Origin: Pirellulales bacterium
GTDB taxonomy: Bacteria > Planctomycetota > Planctomycetia > Pirellulales > PALSA-1355
Assembly (NCBI GenBank): GCA_963733035.1
Contig: CAVTBU010000005.1
Location: 1,376,001 to 1,440,000, forward strand
Length of the DNA stretch: 64,000 nucleotides
Direction: 5' to 3'
How positions within the stretch are numbered: position 1 is the stretch's first letter; each line of letters opens with the position of its first letter. This document shows positions 20,109 through 32,893 of the stretch, piece after piece. Both the position numbers and the translations under genes were made by a program. The notes under the pieces are model-generated. The model was not told the DNA's origin and ran no database searches. It saw only the letters and a program-made list of their open reading frames with translations.

Positions 20109-22488
20109 ATGTTCGAAGGACTCGGAGCGGTGGTTTCGCGCCATGGCCGGTCCGTCGTCGCGCTGTGGATCGCACTCGCCGTCGGGCTGCACCTGATCGC
20201 GCCACGCTGGGACGATGTTACCCACGACGGCGACTTGGCTTATCTGCCCGCGTCGATGCCAAGTTCGCGGGGCGTGCAACTGCTCAACGAAGCCTTTCCC
20301 CAGGAGCACGGTCGCAGCGAACTGGCCGTGATCGTCGAGCGCCCCAACGGCCCGATGTCCACCGCGGACCTGCTCTGGTCTGACTCGTTGGCCGAACTGT
20401 TTCGCACCCATGCCGATCGGCTTGAACTTTCCGACGTCTGGAATCGCAATACCGAAGTCGTCGGCAACAAGCTGACGAGTCGCATTAGCGACGCGGGCCA
20501 GGCAGCCGTGACCGTGCTCAAAGTGAAGCACGAATTCATGGCCACGGCCAACATACGCCTGCTCGATGAGGTGCAGGCACAGCTGGCCAAGGCGAGCAAA
20601 ACAGCACCGTCCGGACTAAACGTCGGCGTCAGCGGCTCGGCCGCGATTGCCGGCGACATGCTGAAATCGGCCGCCGAGAGCATCAAGAACACCGAGTGGA
20701 CGACCGTCCTGCTGGTGGTTGTCATCCTGCTGTTGGTCTATCGGGCTCCGCTACTGGTGCTCGTGCCGCTGGCGACCATCGGCGTGGCGCTCGATTGTTT
20801 CGATCGACGTGCTCGCGCTGCTTACGCAACTGGGTCGCCTGTCAGGCTTCGGCTGGTGGCACTTTAAGGTCTTCACAACGACTAAAATCTTCATCATCGT
20901 CATCTTATTCGGATCGGGCACGGACTTCTGCCTGTTCTTGATTTCTCGCTATCGCGAGGAGTTGGGCCGCGGCGTGCGGCAGCAGGCGGCGGTGGCGAAG
21001 TCCGTGGGGCGTGTAAGCGAGGCCCTCGTGGGGAGCGCCCTTACGACGATTTGCGGACTATCGATGATGTTCTTCGCCGACTTTGGCAAGTTCACCAGCA
21101 GCGGTCCGGCAATCGCGTTGTGCCTGGCGATCACGTTGACGGCCTGCCTCACGCTGGCCCCTGCATTATTGGTGCTCGGCGGCCGTGCGATATTCTGGCC
21201 GTTCGGCTGGCCAGCGGTTGGGCATGGCGAAGGTGAGGCCCCGAGCGTAGGCAACCGCTTTTGGAATTGGGCCGCTGGCGCGATCTTGCGTCGCCCAGGT
21301 CTGATTCTTGTGGCCAGCGTCTTGCTATTGCTCCCGTTCGCCTATCGCGGCACCTCGGTGCAGCTGACATACGACCTTTTGGGCGAGTTGGCGGCCAGCC
21401 GGGCGAGCGTCCGCGGCACGGAGATCGCCAGGCGGCACTTCAGCCCGGGCGAGATGGCTCCTATTACGCTCCTGGTTTACAAGCCCGGCGCAGAATTCAA
21501 TGAGAAGTCGGGAGAGCGGCAGATCGGCCGATTGACCAAGACGCTGTATGACATGCCGGGCATCGAAAGCGTGCGGAGCATCACCGAACCGACTGGCGAC
21601 CCGCCCGGCTACTTCCAACCGCTGCGTGCCCGCGGTCTGCAGAAATTGGCCGCCCGCAAACATAAGTTCACGCGAGCCCGGTTTTTGACGCCGGTTCCAG
21701 AGCTGGCTGGAGAGGTAGCGCGGCTCGACCTGGTGTTTCGCGACGAGCCGTTTTCGCCACAGGCCGTGGCGCGTCTCGATCGGTTGGAAGATTGGCTCGA
21801 CGATCAACGTGTCGACGCCCAGTCGCCGTGGCACAAGGCGAATTTTGCGTTCGTAGGCACCACCGTTGGTGTCCGCGACCTGGAACAAGTGACGGCCAGC
21901 GATCAGCGATTGATCCAACAGCTGGTCGTGCTCGCCGTGCTCGCCGTCTTGATCGTCATGCTACGGCGTCCGCTCATCTGTCTCTATTTGATTGCCTCGG
22001 TGCTGTTCAGCTACCTGGTGACAATCGGTGCCACCCAGTGGTTCTTCGCATGGCTCTACGGGTCAGCCTACTACGGTCTCGACTGGAAGGTGCCGATTTT
22101 CTTGTTCGTCATCCTGATCGCCGTGGGCGAGGACTACAACATTTACCTCGTCACTCGGGTCTTGGAAGAACAACAGCGCTATGGGCCGTTGGACGGGCTG
22201 CGGCGCGCGGTCGCCAAAACGGGGGGCATTATCACAAGTTGTGGTGTGATCATGGCCGGCACGTTCATCTCGATGACCACCGGAACGCTACGGGGCATGA
22301 TCGAATTGGGCTTCGCCCTGTCGCTTGGCATTCTGCTCGATACGTGCGTGGTGCGACCCGTCTTGGTGCCAGCCTTTCTGACGCTGGTTGAACGCTATCG
22401 CCGGCGGCCAAGTCAGTCGCCCCCCGTCGGCGGACCAGCGCCGCTTCCACAGGGTCCCTGGCCAGAACGGGCGGCGGCCAGTCGCTAA
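20109..22488 (+). CDS. MMPL/RND family transporter (apparent frameshift near 20790)
   Basis: Multiple TM helices; FGSGTDFCLFLISRYREE and VGEDYNIYLVTRVLEE motifs; two overlapping ORFs. Confidence 0.88.
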
Positions 22489-22656
22489 TTCACGTCGGAG
22501 CCTCGAACTCCTGCTTTGCTGGCAGGGGGTGCCTCGAATTAAGGCGTCCGGCTGTAGCACGCCCGACGGCGGAAAAACCAGCCAACAACCGTAAGCCTTT
22601 CTCAAACAAAAACTTAAGATTTTGACAAACACGACCGACACGCTCGGCTGCTAGCG

Positions 22657-22671
22657 TGGCACGCGAGTTGC
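22657..22671 (+). promoter_or_regulatory. sigma-54 (-24/-12) promoter upstream of GSIII
   Basis: TGGCACGCGAGTTGC matches TGGCAC-N5-TTGC exactly, 77 bp before the start codon. Confidence 0.8.
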
Positions 22672-22747
22672 CAATACGATGGGCGACGCTTTGCGCGCCA
22701 GGAACCATCCAACCAAGTGAACCTCTTTTTGCCAGGAGTCGAGAACC

Positions 22748-24925
22748 TTGAGTAACGCACGCCAGGACGCGATCGCGGCCGTCACCAACTACAAGTCAAA
22801 CGGGCAGGCTTTGAATTTCCGAGACACCACATCGGCCTCGATCTTCGCCGCCAACGTGTTTAGTGAAAAGTCGATGAAGGACCGCCTGCCCAAGAGCGTC
22901 TATAAGGCGCTGCAGCGGACCTGCCGGATGGGCGAGGCGCTCGACCCGACGTTGGCTGATGCCGTCGCTTCGGCCATGAAAGACTGGGCCATCGAAAAGG
23001 GGGCCACCCACTATGCTCATGTGTTTTATCCTTTGACCGGCTTGACGGCCGAAAAGCACGATAGCTTCTTGTCGCCGAGTGACGACGGCGGCGCCATGGC
23101 CGAGTTCTCGGGCAAGGAACTCATCCAGGGTGAACCAGACGCGTCGAGTTTTCCCTCGGGCGGTATCCGCGCCACGTTCGAAGCCCGCGGGTACACGGCC
23201 TGGGACCCAACCAGCCCCGCCTATATTCTTGAAAATCCGAACGGCACAACGCTTTGCATCCCAACGGCGTTTTGCTCGTGGACGGGCGAGGCGCTTGACA
23301 AGAAGACCCCTGTGCTCCGTTCAATGCAGGCCCTTAACAAACAAGCCCAACGGGTCCTGAAGCTATTTGGACACGAAAACGTCGGACCGATTACCGCGAG
23401 TGCTGGTCCGGAACAGGAATACTTCCTGATCGACCGCAATTTCTATTTTGCCCGGCCCGATATGGTCACTTGCGGTCGCACGCTCTACGGAACGAAGCCG
23501 CCCAAGGGCCAGGAGTTTGAAGATCACTATTTCGGCGCAATTCCCGAACGCGTGTTGGCCTGCATGCTCGAGACGGAGCGTGAACTCTATAAGCTCGGGG
23601 TTCCGGTAAAAACGCGGCATAACGAGGTCGCCCCCGCCCAGTACGAAGTCGCGCCGCTCTACGAAAACGCGAACGTCGCGACCGATCACCAACAGTTGAT
23701 CATGCAGACTCTGCAACGCGTGGCGCAAAAGTACGGGATGACCTGCCTGCTGCACGAAAAGCCTTTCGCAGGGATCAATGGTTCGGGCAAACATGTCAAC
23801 TGGTCGCTCGGCGGCTCAATCGGCAACCTATTGGAACCGGGCGAAAACCCGCACGACAATGCCCAGTTCCTCACGGTCTGTGCGGCGGTAATTCGTGCCG
23901 TACATTTGCATTCCGACTTGCTCCGACTGACGGTCGCCAGCAGTGGTAACGATCACCGGCTGGGCGCCAACGAAGCTCCACCGGCGATCATCTCGATCTT
24001 CCTCGGCGATCAACTTTTTGACGTCTTTGAGCAAATTGAGAAGGGGAGCGTCACCGGATCGAAGCACGCGGGAACGATGACAATCGGAGTCGACACGTTG
24101 CCGCCGCTTCCCAAGCACGCCGGCGACCGCAACCGCACCAGCCCGTTTGCCTTCACCGGAAACAAGTTCGAATTCCGGGCGGTTGGCTCGAGCCAGTCGA
24201 TCGCAGGTCCCTTGGTGGTGCTGAACACAATCGTGGCCGAGAGCCTCGACTACATCGCCACTGCACTGGAAAAAGAGACTGGAGGCGATCCAGCCAAGCT
24301 CAATGCCGCCGTTCAGAAGGTGGTGCAAGCCGTCATCAAGGAGCACAAGGGGGTGCTGTTCAATGGAGACAACTACTCCGAGGCCTGGCACAAGGAAGCC
24401 GAAGCCCGCGGTCTGCCGAACCTGAAGAACACGGTCGAAGCCCTGCCCGCATTGATCGCCCCCAAGAACATCGCGATGTTCGAAAAGTATGGTGTGCTCA
24501 GCTCGCGTGAAGTCCACAGTCGCTACGAAATCTACATGGAGCGGTACTGCAAGGACATCAACACCGAAAGCCACGCCGCACTGAGCATCGCCAAGACCAT
24601 GATCCTGCCGGCCGCTTACCGTTACCAGGGCGAACTGGCCTCGACGGCCGCTTCGCTGAAGGAGGCTCTCGGCGGGAATGTCGACACTGGCATGTTAAAA
24701 ACCGTTACCGGGTTGGTTGCCGACTTGGAAAAGTGCATTGGCGATTTGGAAAGTGCCATGGCGCACGAGGGTGCCGGCGATCTGGCCGCCGAAGCCAAGC
24801 ACTTCCAGTCGGAGGTCATCCCGGCGATGGGTGCGGTCCGGACCGTGGCCGACAAGCTCGAAACCGTCGTAGCCGATGATCTTTGGCCGCTGCCGACCTA
24901 TCGCGAGATGTTGTTTATTAAGTAG
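22748..24925 (+). CDS. Glutamine synthetase type III
   Basis: 725 aa; [62 protein letters not shown]. Confidence 0.95.
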   Translation: MSNARQDAIAAVTNYKSNGQALNFRDTTSASIFAANVFSEKSMKDRLPKSVYKALQRTCRMGEALDPTLADAVASAMKDWAIEKGATHYAHVFYPLTGLTAEKHDSFLSPSDDGGAMAEFSGKELIQGEPDASSFPSGGIRATFEARGYTAWDPTSPAYILENPNGTTLCIPTAFCSWTGEALDKKTPVLRSMQALNKQAQRVLKLFGHENVGPITASAGPEQEYFLIDRNFYFARPDMVTCGRTLYGTKPPKGQEFEDHYFGAIPERVLACMLETERELYKLGVPVKTRHNEVAPAQYEVAPLYENANVATDHQQLIMQTLQRVAQKYGMTCLLHEKPFAGINGSGKHVNWSLGGSIGNLLEPGENPHDNAQFLTVCAAVIRAVHLHSDLLRLTVASSGNDHRLGANEAPPAIISIFLGDQLFDVFEQIEKGSVTGSKHAGTMTIGVDTLPPLPKHAGDRNRTSPFAFTGNKFEFRAVGSSQSIAGPLVVLNTIVAESLDYIATALEKETGGDPAKLNAAVQKVVQAVIKEHKGVLFNGDNYSEAWHKEAEARGLPNLKNTVEALPALIAPKNIAMFEKYGVLSSREVHSRYEIYMERYCKDINTESHAALSIAKTMILPAAYRYQGELASTAASLKEALGGNVDTGMLKTVTGLVADLEKCIGDLESAMAHEGAGDLAAEAKHFQSEVIPAMGAVRTVADKLETVVADDLWPLPTYREMLFIK

Positions 24926-24963
24926 TTGCCATCGGACAAACTGCCATTCAAGGCAGCCATTTC

Positions 24964-25002
24964 ACGCCCCACGCCGCTTCGAAGCGGCGTGGGGTGTTTT
25001 TT
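24964..25002 (+). terminator. Intrinsic terminator after GSIII
   Basis: CGCCCCACGCCGC-TTCGAA-GCGGCGTGGGGTG followed by TTTTTT. Confidence 0.85.
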
Positions 25003-25219
25003 GTGATGTGCTTCGGGCCACAACTCGGCGCGTCGGCACGGGTCTCGCCAACTCGGCCGGTTGGCGCGCTCTCGCATACGACACAGTTGACGGCTTTGCC
25101 AAGCGCCCTTTTCGCTCTTCCGCCCGGCGTGTTGCATCGCGCCGACGATTCTCTATGATGACGGCGGATATCGGGTCCCGAGGGCGGGCACGTTCAACTC
25201 TGGCGGAAAGGGAATCGTT

Positions 25220-26632
25220 ATGAAGCCAAAAGAAGTGTTGGCGTTGTGTCGTGAGAAAGACGTCAAGGCAGTCGATCTGCGGTTCATGGATTTTCCGGGT
25301 CTGTGGCAACACTTCACGATCCCGGTCAGCAAGCTCGAAGAGGAAATCTTCGAGAACGGCCTGGGCTTCGACGGGTCGAGCATCCGCGGCTGGCAGGCCA
25401 TCAACGAGAGCGACATGCTGGTGGTCCCCCAACCCGAAACGGCCTTTCTCGATCCGTTCACCGAGTTGCCCACGCTGGTGATGATCTGCAATATTCAGGA
25501 CCCGATCACCCGCGAAGATTATAGCCGCGACCCCCGCAACGTGGCCCGCAAAGCGGTCAACTACCTGAAGAGTTCCGGCATCGCGGATACGTGCTTCATT
25601 GGTCCCGAGGCCGAGTTCTTCATTTTTGACGATGTCCGCTTCGACGCCCGCTCTAACGAAGCCTACTATCACGTGGACAGCGTCGAGGGAGAATGGAACC
25701 GCGGCCGGGTGGAAAGCCCGAACCTGGGTTATAAGCTGCGGTACAAGGAAGGATACTTCCCGGTCCCGCCGTCGGATCAGATGATGAACCTCCGCAACGA
25801 GATGATGCAGACCATGATCGATTGCGGTCTGGACGTCGAAGCCCAGCATCATGAAGTGGCCACCGGCGGCCAGAGCGAGATCGACCTGCGGTTCAATGAT
25901 CTGGTGCGGATGGCCGACCAGATGATGATCTACAAGTACATCATTAAGAACGTTGCGGCGCGGCACAACAAGACGGTCACGTTCATGCCCAAGCCGCTTT
26001 ATGCCGACAACGGATCTGGCATGCACACCCATATCTCGCTGTGGAAAGGGGGCAACCCGCTGTTTGCCGGCAGTGGATACGCCGGACTGAGCGAAATGGC
26101 CATGCATGGCATTGGCGGTCTGCTACGTCATGCGCCCGCGATCCTGGCATTCAGCAACCCGACAACCAACAGCTATAAGCGCCTGGTGCCGGGCTACGAG
26201 GCGCCTGTCAACCTAGCCTACTCGCAGCGAAATCGCTCCGCCAGCTGTCGCATTCCGATGTACAGCCCCAGCCCCAAGGCCAAACGGGTGGAGTTCCGCT
26301 GTCCCGATCCGAGTTGCAATCCGTACCTGGCTTTCTCCGCGATGCTGATGGCCGTGATCGACGGCATTCAGAACAAGATCAACCCCGGCGATCCGCTCGA
26401 CAAGGACATTTATGACCTGGCGCCAGAGGAACTGGCCGAAGTACCCAAGACGCCCGGCTCGCTCGAAGATGCGCTGGCCTCTCTGCGTGCCGATCACGAA
26501 TTCTTGCTCCGCGGCGACGTGTTCACGCCCGACGTGATCGACACCTGGATTTGGTACAAGACCGAAAAGGAAGTCGATGCGTTGCGTCTGCGGCCGCATC
26601 CGTACGAATTCTGCATGTACTACGACATCTAA
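25220..26632 (+). CDS. glnA: Glutamine synthetase type I
   Basis: [27 protein letters not shown], adenylylation-site region DKDIYDL. Confidence 0.97.
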   Translation: MKPKEVLALCREKDVKAVDLRFMDFPGLWQHFTIPVSKLEEEIFENGLGFDGSSIRGWQAINESDMLVVPQPETAFLDPFTELPTLVMICNIQDPITREDYSRDPRNVARKAVNYLKSSGIADTCFIGPEAEFFIFDDVRFDARSNEAYYHVDSVEGEWNRGRVESPNLGYKLRYKEGYFPVPPSDQMMNLRNEMMQTMIDCGLDVEAQHHEVATGGQSEIDLRFNDLVRMADQMMIYKYIIKNVAARHNKTVTFMPKPLYADNGSGMHTHISLWKGGNPLFAGSGYAGLSEMAMHGIGGLLRHAPAILAFSNPTTNSYKRLVPGYEAPVNLAYSQRNRSASCRIPMYSPSPKAKRVEFRCPDPSCNPYLAFSAMLMAVIDGIQNKINPGDPLDKDIYDLAPEELAEVPKTPGSLEDALASLRADHEFLLRGDVFTPDVIDTWIWYKTEKEVDALRLRPHPYEFCMYYDI

Positions 26633-26747
26633 ACGCGAATAACGGCCCGGGCGAGATGGATCAACGGGGCGCTGCGAATCATTCGGCGGTGCGCCGGCGA
26701 TCCCGTGCCCGGAACGAACTCCGCTCTCCTCATCCTTGGGAATTCAA

Positions 26748-27474
26748 ATGGCTCTCTCCCCCGAAACCCTGAAAAAGCTTGGCCAGTTCGATACGCCCAC
26801 CATCTGCAACGTCATCGAATTGTTTGACGTGCGGCCGCGAACCGCGGGCTACATGAATTCCACGATTAAAGCCGCTTTTCCCGAGATGCCGCCAATGGTT
26901 GGTTTCGCCTGTACGGCGGCCTTTCGCAGCAGCGCCGCCCGCCGGGGGAGATGCCTACGGATCAATGGAGCAGCAGGTCGAACTGTTTGGCAGGCTCGAG
27001 GGTCCGGCGGTGGTCGTGTTTCAAGACATCGACGATTCCCCCGTGGCCGCCACGTTTGGCGAAGTCATGTGCTCCACGTACAAGGGCTTCGGCTCCACCG
27101 GCCTGATTACCTCCGGCGGTGGGCGCGACTTGCTGCAGGTGCAGGCGATTAGCTACCCGGTGTTCACGGGCTCGACGATCTGCTCGCACGGTTATTGTCA
27201 CATTTTGCACGTGGGCATGCCGGTGCATGTGGGCGGTCTACCGGTTAGCACGGGCGACCTGCTGCACGGCGACGCGAATGGCGTGACGAACATTCCCGTC
27301 GACATTGCATCCGAGATTGCCGACATAACGCAGGAATTTGTCGATGCCGAAAAGATCGTCCTCGACTACGTCAACGGCAGCGGTTCTAAGACCGCCGCTG
27401 GCTTGGCTGCGGCCCGAAAGGAATATGGCGTGGTCGTGGCGAAGCTGACCGAGCGAATCCATCAGAAGAAGTAA
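26748..27474 (+). CDS. RraA/HMG-aldolase-like family protein (apparent frameshift near 26933)
   Basis: [10 protein letters not shown], then [22 protein letters not shown] in the next frame. Confidence 0.85.
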
Positions 27475-27573
27475 CCCATTCGAGGATCGCACCGATCGTA
27501 ACGCAAGCCCAGGGAGTACATTCCCTGGAGTTCAGATGTGTCCGATCGCGTGCAAGTCGGCTATTTACTTGAT

Positions 27574-27882
27574 TTACTTCTTGACGGTTCGGCCAAGTTG
27601 CTTCTCGACGCTGGCTACTTTGGCGTCCAGCGCTCGGGGATGTCCCTTGCGCACGTCAATTTTTGCCGATACCGAAACGCGGTCGCAGTCCGCCATCATG
27701 GTGTTGATACATTCCTTGAGTACGTCGAGCAACTGATCGATGTCACCTTCCACGACCGTTCCCATCGCGTGCAGTTGGTAGTCGAGACCGCTCTTGTCGA
27801 TGACGTCAACGGCTTTGGCGACGAATTGACTCACGCTTTCGCCGGCACCCAGCGGCGTGATACTGAATTCCAAGAGTGCCAT
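27574..27882 (-). CDS. MTH1187 family thiamine-binding protein
   Basis: FSITPLGAGESVSQFVA, HAMGTVVEG, KIDVR...KVASV. Confidence 0.88.
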   Translation of the reverse strand: MALLEFSITPLGAGESVSQFVAKAVDVIDKSGLDYQLHAMGTVVEGDIDQLLDVLKECINTMMADCDRVSVSAKIDVRKGHPRALDAKVASVEKQLGRTVKK

Positions 27883-27990
27883 CGCCCTGTCCTCCTTCAT
27901 GAATTCACTCAAAGAAAAAGCGGTGCCAACAGCCATGGTACACCCGGCTCCTGGCACCGCGATATTCTAACAATTTCGCTTTCGTCCGCG

Positions 27991-28899
27991 TTATTCAATG
28001 CCCTTTTGCATCTTGAGCCAGGCCACCATGCACTTGGTCACTTTTTCGGCTGCGTCCTGCTGCACGAAGTGGCCGGCCTGGGGAATCGTCACCAAGGTCA
28101 AATCCTCGTCAAGCCAATTCCAGGTGTCGTTCAGCGCTCCGGGCAACAGCGCCTCGTCCTTCAAACCATGGAACATCAGCACCGGGCATTTGACCGGCGG
28201 GAACTTCTGCTCTTCGTCGTACTCGTATGGCTCCTTGGGATAGTTGGCCTTGTAGTAGTTGAGCATGCCCTCCATGCTCGACCGCTGGAACGCTTCCAGG
28301 TACTTCTTCTTGGCTTCCGGATCCTTCACCCAAAACGTGAGCATGAAGGGCTGCATCTTCGAGGCCGCGTCGGGCTTTTGAAAGTTACGGGCATACGATG
28401 AGTTCTGCTGCTGCTTCGGGTTATTGGCCAGTTCGCGAGTTAGTCCCTTGGGATGCGGCAAATTGAGAATGATCAGTTTGTCGGTCTTGTCAGGGTGGGT
28501 CATCGCGTAGGTCCAAGCCACCATGCCGCCCCAATCGTGCCCCACGATGATTGCTTTGTCCGCTTTGAAATGGTTGACCACCGCATCGACATCGGCCACG
28601 AGCTTGGGCATGGCGTAGCTCTCCACGCCCTCCGGCTTGTCGCTCAGGTTGTAGCCCCGTTGATCGATGGCCACGACCTGAAAGTTCTTGGCCAACTCCG
28701 GCATTTGCTCCCGCCAGGTGTACCAGAAATCGGGAAACCCATGAATCAGCACCACGAGCGGCCCCTTGCCGGCCGTGACGTAGTGAATTTTGACTCCCTC
28801 GGAGTCGGCGTAGCCTTCCTCGCCCAAGTCCTCGGCGCTGCTGGCTTGGACCGAGCAGGCAAACATCACCAACAGAGTGAATGCCAGAATTTTGAACAT
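27991..28899 (-). CDS. Secreted alpha/beta hydrolase (epoxide hydrolase-like)
   Basis: Signal peptide, HGFPD, GHDWGG nucleophile Asp, GHFVQQD. Confidence 0.9.
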   Translation of the reverse strand: MFKILAFTLLVMFACSVQASSAEDLGEEGYADSEGVKIHYVTAGKGPLVVLIHGFPDFWYTWREQMPELAKNFQVVAIDQRGYNLSDKPEGVESYAMPKLVADVDAVVNHFKADKAIIVGHDWGGMVAWTYAMTHPDKTDKLIILNLPHPKGLTRELANNPKQQQNSSYARNFQKPDAASKMQPFMLTFWVKDPEAKKKYLEAFQRSSMEGMLNYYKANYPKEPYEYDEEQKFPPVKCPVLMFHGLKDEALLPGALNDTWNWLDEDLTLVTIPQAGHFVQQDAAEKVTKCMVAWLKMQKGIE

Positions 28900-29179
28900 A
28901 CGAATCGCTCCTAGCTAGCAGTCAGAAGATGCCTTCGGCAAGTGTGGTTGCTCGTCAAGCTATCCGCTGGAACCGGTCCAGGCAAGTTTTGGCCAAATAA
29001 AGCTAGTTCAGGACTGGAGTTTCTGGGTTCCGACAAGTCCGGTCGGCATACCCGCCGAGTTGACCTTCCAGCATTGAGACCGGTTTTGTACTACACGAAT
29101 ATTCGGCCCTGACGGTGGGGGCCCGAGACCTCCGCCGTGGACCGGTGCACCGCCCAATTGACCTCAACTCAACTTGATT

Positions 29180-30428
29180 ATGCAGACCATCACGACCCTG
29201 GCCGAACTCGACGCAAAGGTGGCCGAGTGTGAAGACGCGCGACAGGTTTCGGACGACGCCCTACGACGCGTATTTCGCAGCTTTCGCATGGATCCACCGG
29301 CGGATATGCCGCGACACCCGTTCAGCGAAGAATACTCGCGCTATCAGCTGGCCCTGTACCACCGGCTCGCGGGCAAGCCATACGATGTCCGCAATGAGGT
29401 CACGTCGCTGGAGGTCGAAGAGGCCGCCAAGTGTCCGTTTCCGTATAACACCGGCGGCACCGTAACGACCGCCGATCAATACACTGCCATCGGCGCTCTG
29501 CTGCGGCGACTGGATTTGGCGCCAGGCGCGCGTGTCCTCGAGTTCGGACCTGGCTGGGGCAATACGACGCTGGCACTTGCTCTGTTGGGCTTCCAGGTCA
29601 CGGCCATCGACATCGAAAAGCGGTTCTGCGACCTTGTTCAGAAGCGCCAAAATGCACGGCGTTTCGGTCGAGACAATTCATGCCGACTTCCAATGGGTCG
29701 AGCAAGTCGAACGGCCCTACGACGCGGCGATCTTCTTTGAATGCTTCCACCACTCGGCGGATCACCGCCGGCTACTCCGATCACTTCGCCAAGCCGTTAA
29801 GCCCGACGGGCGCATTCTTTTCGGTGGTGAACCCATCAGTTCGGATTTTCCCGTCCCTTGGGGATTGAGGATGGACGGGCAATCGTTGTGGTCGATCCGC
29901 AAACACGGCTGGTTCGAACTCGGATTCAATGACCGCTACTTTGTGGAAGTTCTTGCTGCCGAAGGTTGGCTCGCGACAAAATACGCCTCGGGCGACACGC
30001 CGGTTGCCGATGTTTGGGTGGCGCGCCGATACCGCGGCGAGCCGTTTGTGTTCTCCGCCACCGACGGCCGCATCATCGTGCCGTCAGAAATGCGAGATTC
30101 TGCCGGCATCGCGTTGCAGAATCTCGCGGAGCAATGGGGATTTTTCGGACCCTACATCACATTGCCCGCCGGAAAGTGGCTAGCACGAGTCGTGCTTCAA
30201 CAAAATAGCCCCCGCGAGGGCCGTGGAACGCTAGACGTCTGCGCCGGCGCGGACCATCAGGTGCTTGCCAGCCAGCAATTCGAACTTGGCGAGCTCGCAC
30301 CGGATAAACACAATCTGGAAATCGAGGTCTCGTTGGAGCGTGCCGTGTCGGACGTCGAGGTCCGCTTCCATTGCGAAACCGCCGTCTGCTTGGCCGTGAC
30401 CCGCATTGAGCTGACGCCGCGGGTATAA
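29180..30428 (+). CDS. Class I SAM-dependent methyltransferase with C-terminal beta-sandwich-like domain (apparent frameshift near 29645)
   Basis: VLEFGPGWG motif I in the first ORF; FFECFHH, VKPDGRI and FGPYITLPAGKW in the second ORF. Confidence 0.8.
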
Positions 30429-30531
30429 GTTTGCCGCGGCCAGGTGTGCTCGATTCTCCGTCCGGGTTGTCTGCGACCCCGTCAAACGATAAGACTATCG
30501 TTTCATCACCGGCGGCCAACGATTGAATCAG

Positions 30532-31179
30532 ATGTCCAAACTCCTACACGACCACCGCGTTTTCTGGCGGCAATTTCGCGAAAACTACCACACCACTGGC
30601 GCCATCGCCCCCAGCAGCCGGTTCCTGGGCCAGGCTCTGGCACGCTACGTTGGCAGCGAACCATCTCAGCCGCAGAAAGTTCTCGAAGTCGGGCCTGGCA
30701 CCGGGTCGGTCACCGCGCACATCGTGCGACGTTTGGGGCCATACGACACCCTCGATCTAGTCGAACTCAACGAACAGTTCGTCCGCCGTCTCGACGAGCG
30801 TTTTGCCAGCGAACCAGCCTTTTGCAAGGTTGCCGACCGCTCGCGCGTTCTCCACCAGCGATTGGAGTCGCTGGGCCGCTCGGCGGACTACGACGTGATC
30901 GTCTCGGGGCTGCCTCTCAACAACTTTCAAGTGGCCGACGTCCAGCAAATTCTCGAGTCCTTCCGCGAACTGTTGCGTCCTGGGGGCGTACTTTCGTTTT
31001 TCGAGTATGTCGCAATTCGAAAGGCGCGAGCGCTGGTAAGCGGACCACGGGAACGGGTCCGTCTGAAGGGCATTGCTCGGGCACTTCACGACATCCTTGG
31101 GGCCTACGAAATTAAGCGGGACTGCGTGTGGGCGAACATCCCTCCGGCGTGGGTTCACCATGTGCGTATTCCGGCCTGA
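30532..31179 (+). CDS. PmtA/OlsG-like lipid N-methyltransferase
   Basis: TGAIAPSSRFL, VLEVGPGTG, IVSGLPL, NIPPAWV. Confidence 0.75.
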   Translation: MSKLLHDHRVFWRQFRENYHTTGAIAPSSRFLGQALARYVGSEPSQPQKVLEVGPGTGSVTAHIVRRLGPYDTLDLVELNEQFVRRLDERFASEPAFCKVADRSRVLHQRLESLGRSADYDVIVSGLPLNNFQVADVQQILESFRELLRPGGVLSFFEYVAIRKARALVSGPRERVRLKGIARALHDILGAYEIKRDCVWANIPPAWVHHVRIPA

Positions 31180-31384
31180 AACTTCCCGGCGGTCCCGGGA
31201 TGTCCCAGTTGGCGCCACGCGCCGTTGCGGCTCGGCAGGCATCGGCCTGGCGAACCGTTATTGCCGCTTGCGCAAGCCCTGCCTATACTAGACTTTGGGT
31301 AAGCGGCGCCGATGCGCAAGTTCGTTCGCCTGCCTTCCCGCCGAATCGCTCCCACCCGACTCCAGCCCCTTCGGAGGCCCTGCG

Positions 31385-32893
31385 ATGGAACGTCGCCGTT
31401 GGCACTGCATCTGGCTTTTGCTTCTGGTGTCCCTCATCACGCGTGGGGGGGTTTTGCGTGCCGAGGAGTCCAAACCGCCCACCGCTGTCGACAGGAAGGC
31501 GGAGAGCGACTTCGAGCTCTATCAGATCTTTGCCGATACGCTCGATCAGATCGAACGCAACTACGTCAAGGATGTCAGCCGCCGAGAGCTGATGGAAGCC
31601 GCGATCCAGGGAGTGTTGGAAAAGCTCGATCCCTATTCAAACTACATCAGCCCCGACGATATCGGCCGTTTCAAGTCGAGCGTCGAACACCAGTTCGGCG
31701 GCATCGGAATTCAGATCGGTATTGAAGATGGTCAATTGAAGGTAATCAGCCCGCTGTTGGGCACACCGGCATATCGGGCGGGCCTCGAGTCGGGCGACGC
31801 AATTCTCGAAGTTGACGGTAAGAGTACCGAGGGTATTCAGATCGATGAAGCGGTCAAGCAGCTCAAAGGCGATGCGGGCACCAAGGTTACGCTGACAATT
31901 CGGCACGCGGGCTCGCGCGAAAAGGAGACGATCACGGTTGCTCGCGAGGTCGTCCATGTCGACACTGTGCTGGGTGATACCCGCAAGAGTGACGACAGCT
32001 GGGATTTCATGCTCGATCACGACAAACATATCGGCTATGTGCGGATTACCGCCTTTGGCCGCGAAACGGCGGGCGACCTGAAGAAAGCTTTGGAAGAATT
32101 GCAGCAGGAAGGCCTGAAGGGGCTGATTATCGACTTGCGCTTCAACCCCGGCGGACTGTTGAGCGCCGCCATCGATGTCAGTGATCTGTTCCTGTCGAGC
32201 GGTAAGATCGTGAGTACCAAGGGCCGCAACACGCCGGAGCGGACGTGGGAAGCCCAGAAAGAAGGCACCTTCGAAGGGTTCCCGATCGTGGTTCTGGTGA
32301 ATCACTACAGCGCAAGCGCAAGCGAAATCCTTTCGGCGGCCCTGCAAGACCATCACCGTGCGGTTGTTATCGGCGAGCGCACTTGGGGTAAAGGTAGCGT
32401 GCAAAACGTGATTGAACTCGAGGAAGGCAAGAGCGCCCTCAAGCTCACCACGGCAGGCTACCACCGTCCCAGCGGCAAGAACATCCATCGCTATCCAGAC
32501 GCCAAGGATAGCGATGAGTGGGGCGTCATGCCCGACAAGGACTACGAAGTGAAGATGAACGGCAGCCAAACGGCGCGGCTACTCGAGCATCGCCGCCGCC
32601 GCGACATCCTGATTGGCCAGCATGAAAAGGCCTTGGCCGCCACCGATACGTCAGAAGCGGAAAGGCCCGCCGCAAGCGAAGAAAAGTCGACCGTGGAAAG
32701 CGCGCCGGCCGAGGCCGATCAGAAGAAGCCAGAGGGCACCGAAGCGGCAGAGCAAAAGCCAAGCGAAAAGCCACCCGAGCACCCGCCAGTGGAGGACACC
32801 GCCGATGCCAGCGACACGGATGTACCATTTGTCGACACGCAATTGCAGAAGGCCGTCGATTATCTGAGTTCCGAGCTGGCCAAGGCCGAATAG
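31385..32893 (+). CDS. S41 family C-terminal processing peptidase (CtpA-like)
   Basis: Signal peptide, LDPYSNY, FGGIGIQI, DLRFNPGG, SASASEI, WGKGSVQ. Confidence 0.92.
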   Translation: MERRRWHCIWLLLLVSLITRGGVLRAEESKPPTAVDRKAESDFELYQIFADTLDQIERNYVKDVSRRELMEAAIQGVLEKLDPYSNYISPDDIGRFKSSVEHQFGGIGIQIGIEDGQLKVISPLLGTPAYRAGLESGDAILEVDGKSTEGIQIDEAVKQLKGDAGTKVTLTIRHAGSREKETITVAREVVHVDTVLGDTRKSDDSWDFMLDHDKHIGYVRITAFGRETAGDLKKALEELQQEGLKGLIIDLRFNPGGLLSAAIDVSDLFLSSGKIVSTKGRNTPERTWEAQKEGTFEGFPIVVLVNHYSASASEILSAALQDHHRAVVIGERTWGKGSVQNVIELEEGKSALKLTTAGYHRPSGKNIHRYPDAKDSDEWGVMPDKDYEVKMNGSQTARLLEHRRRRDILIGQHEKALAATDTSEAERPAASEEKSTVESAPAEADQKKPEGTEAAEQKPSEKPPEHPPVEDTADASDTDVPFVDTQLQKAVDYLSSELAKAE

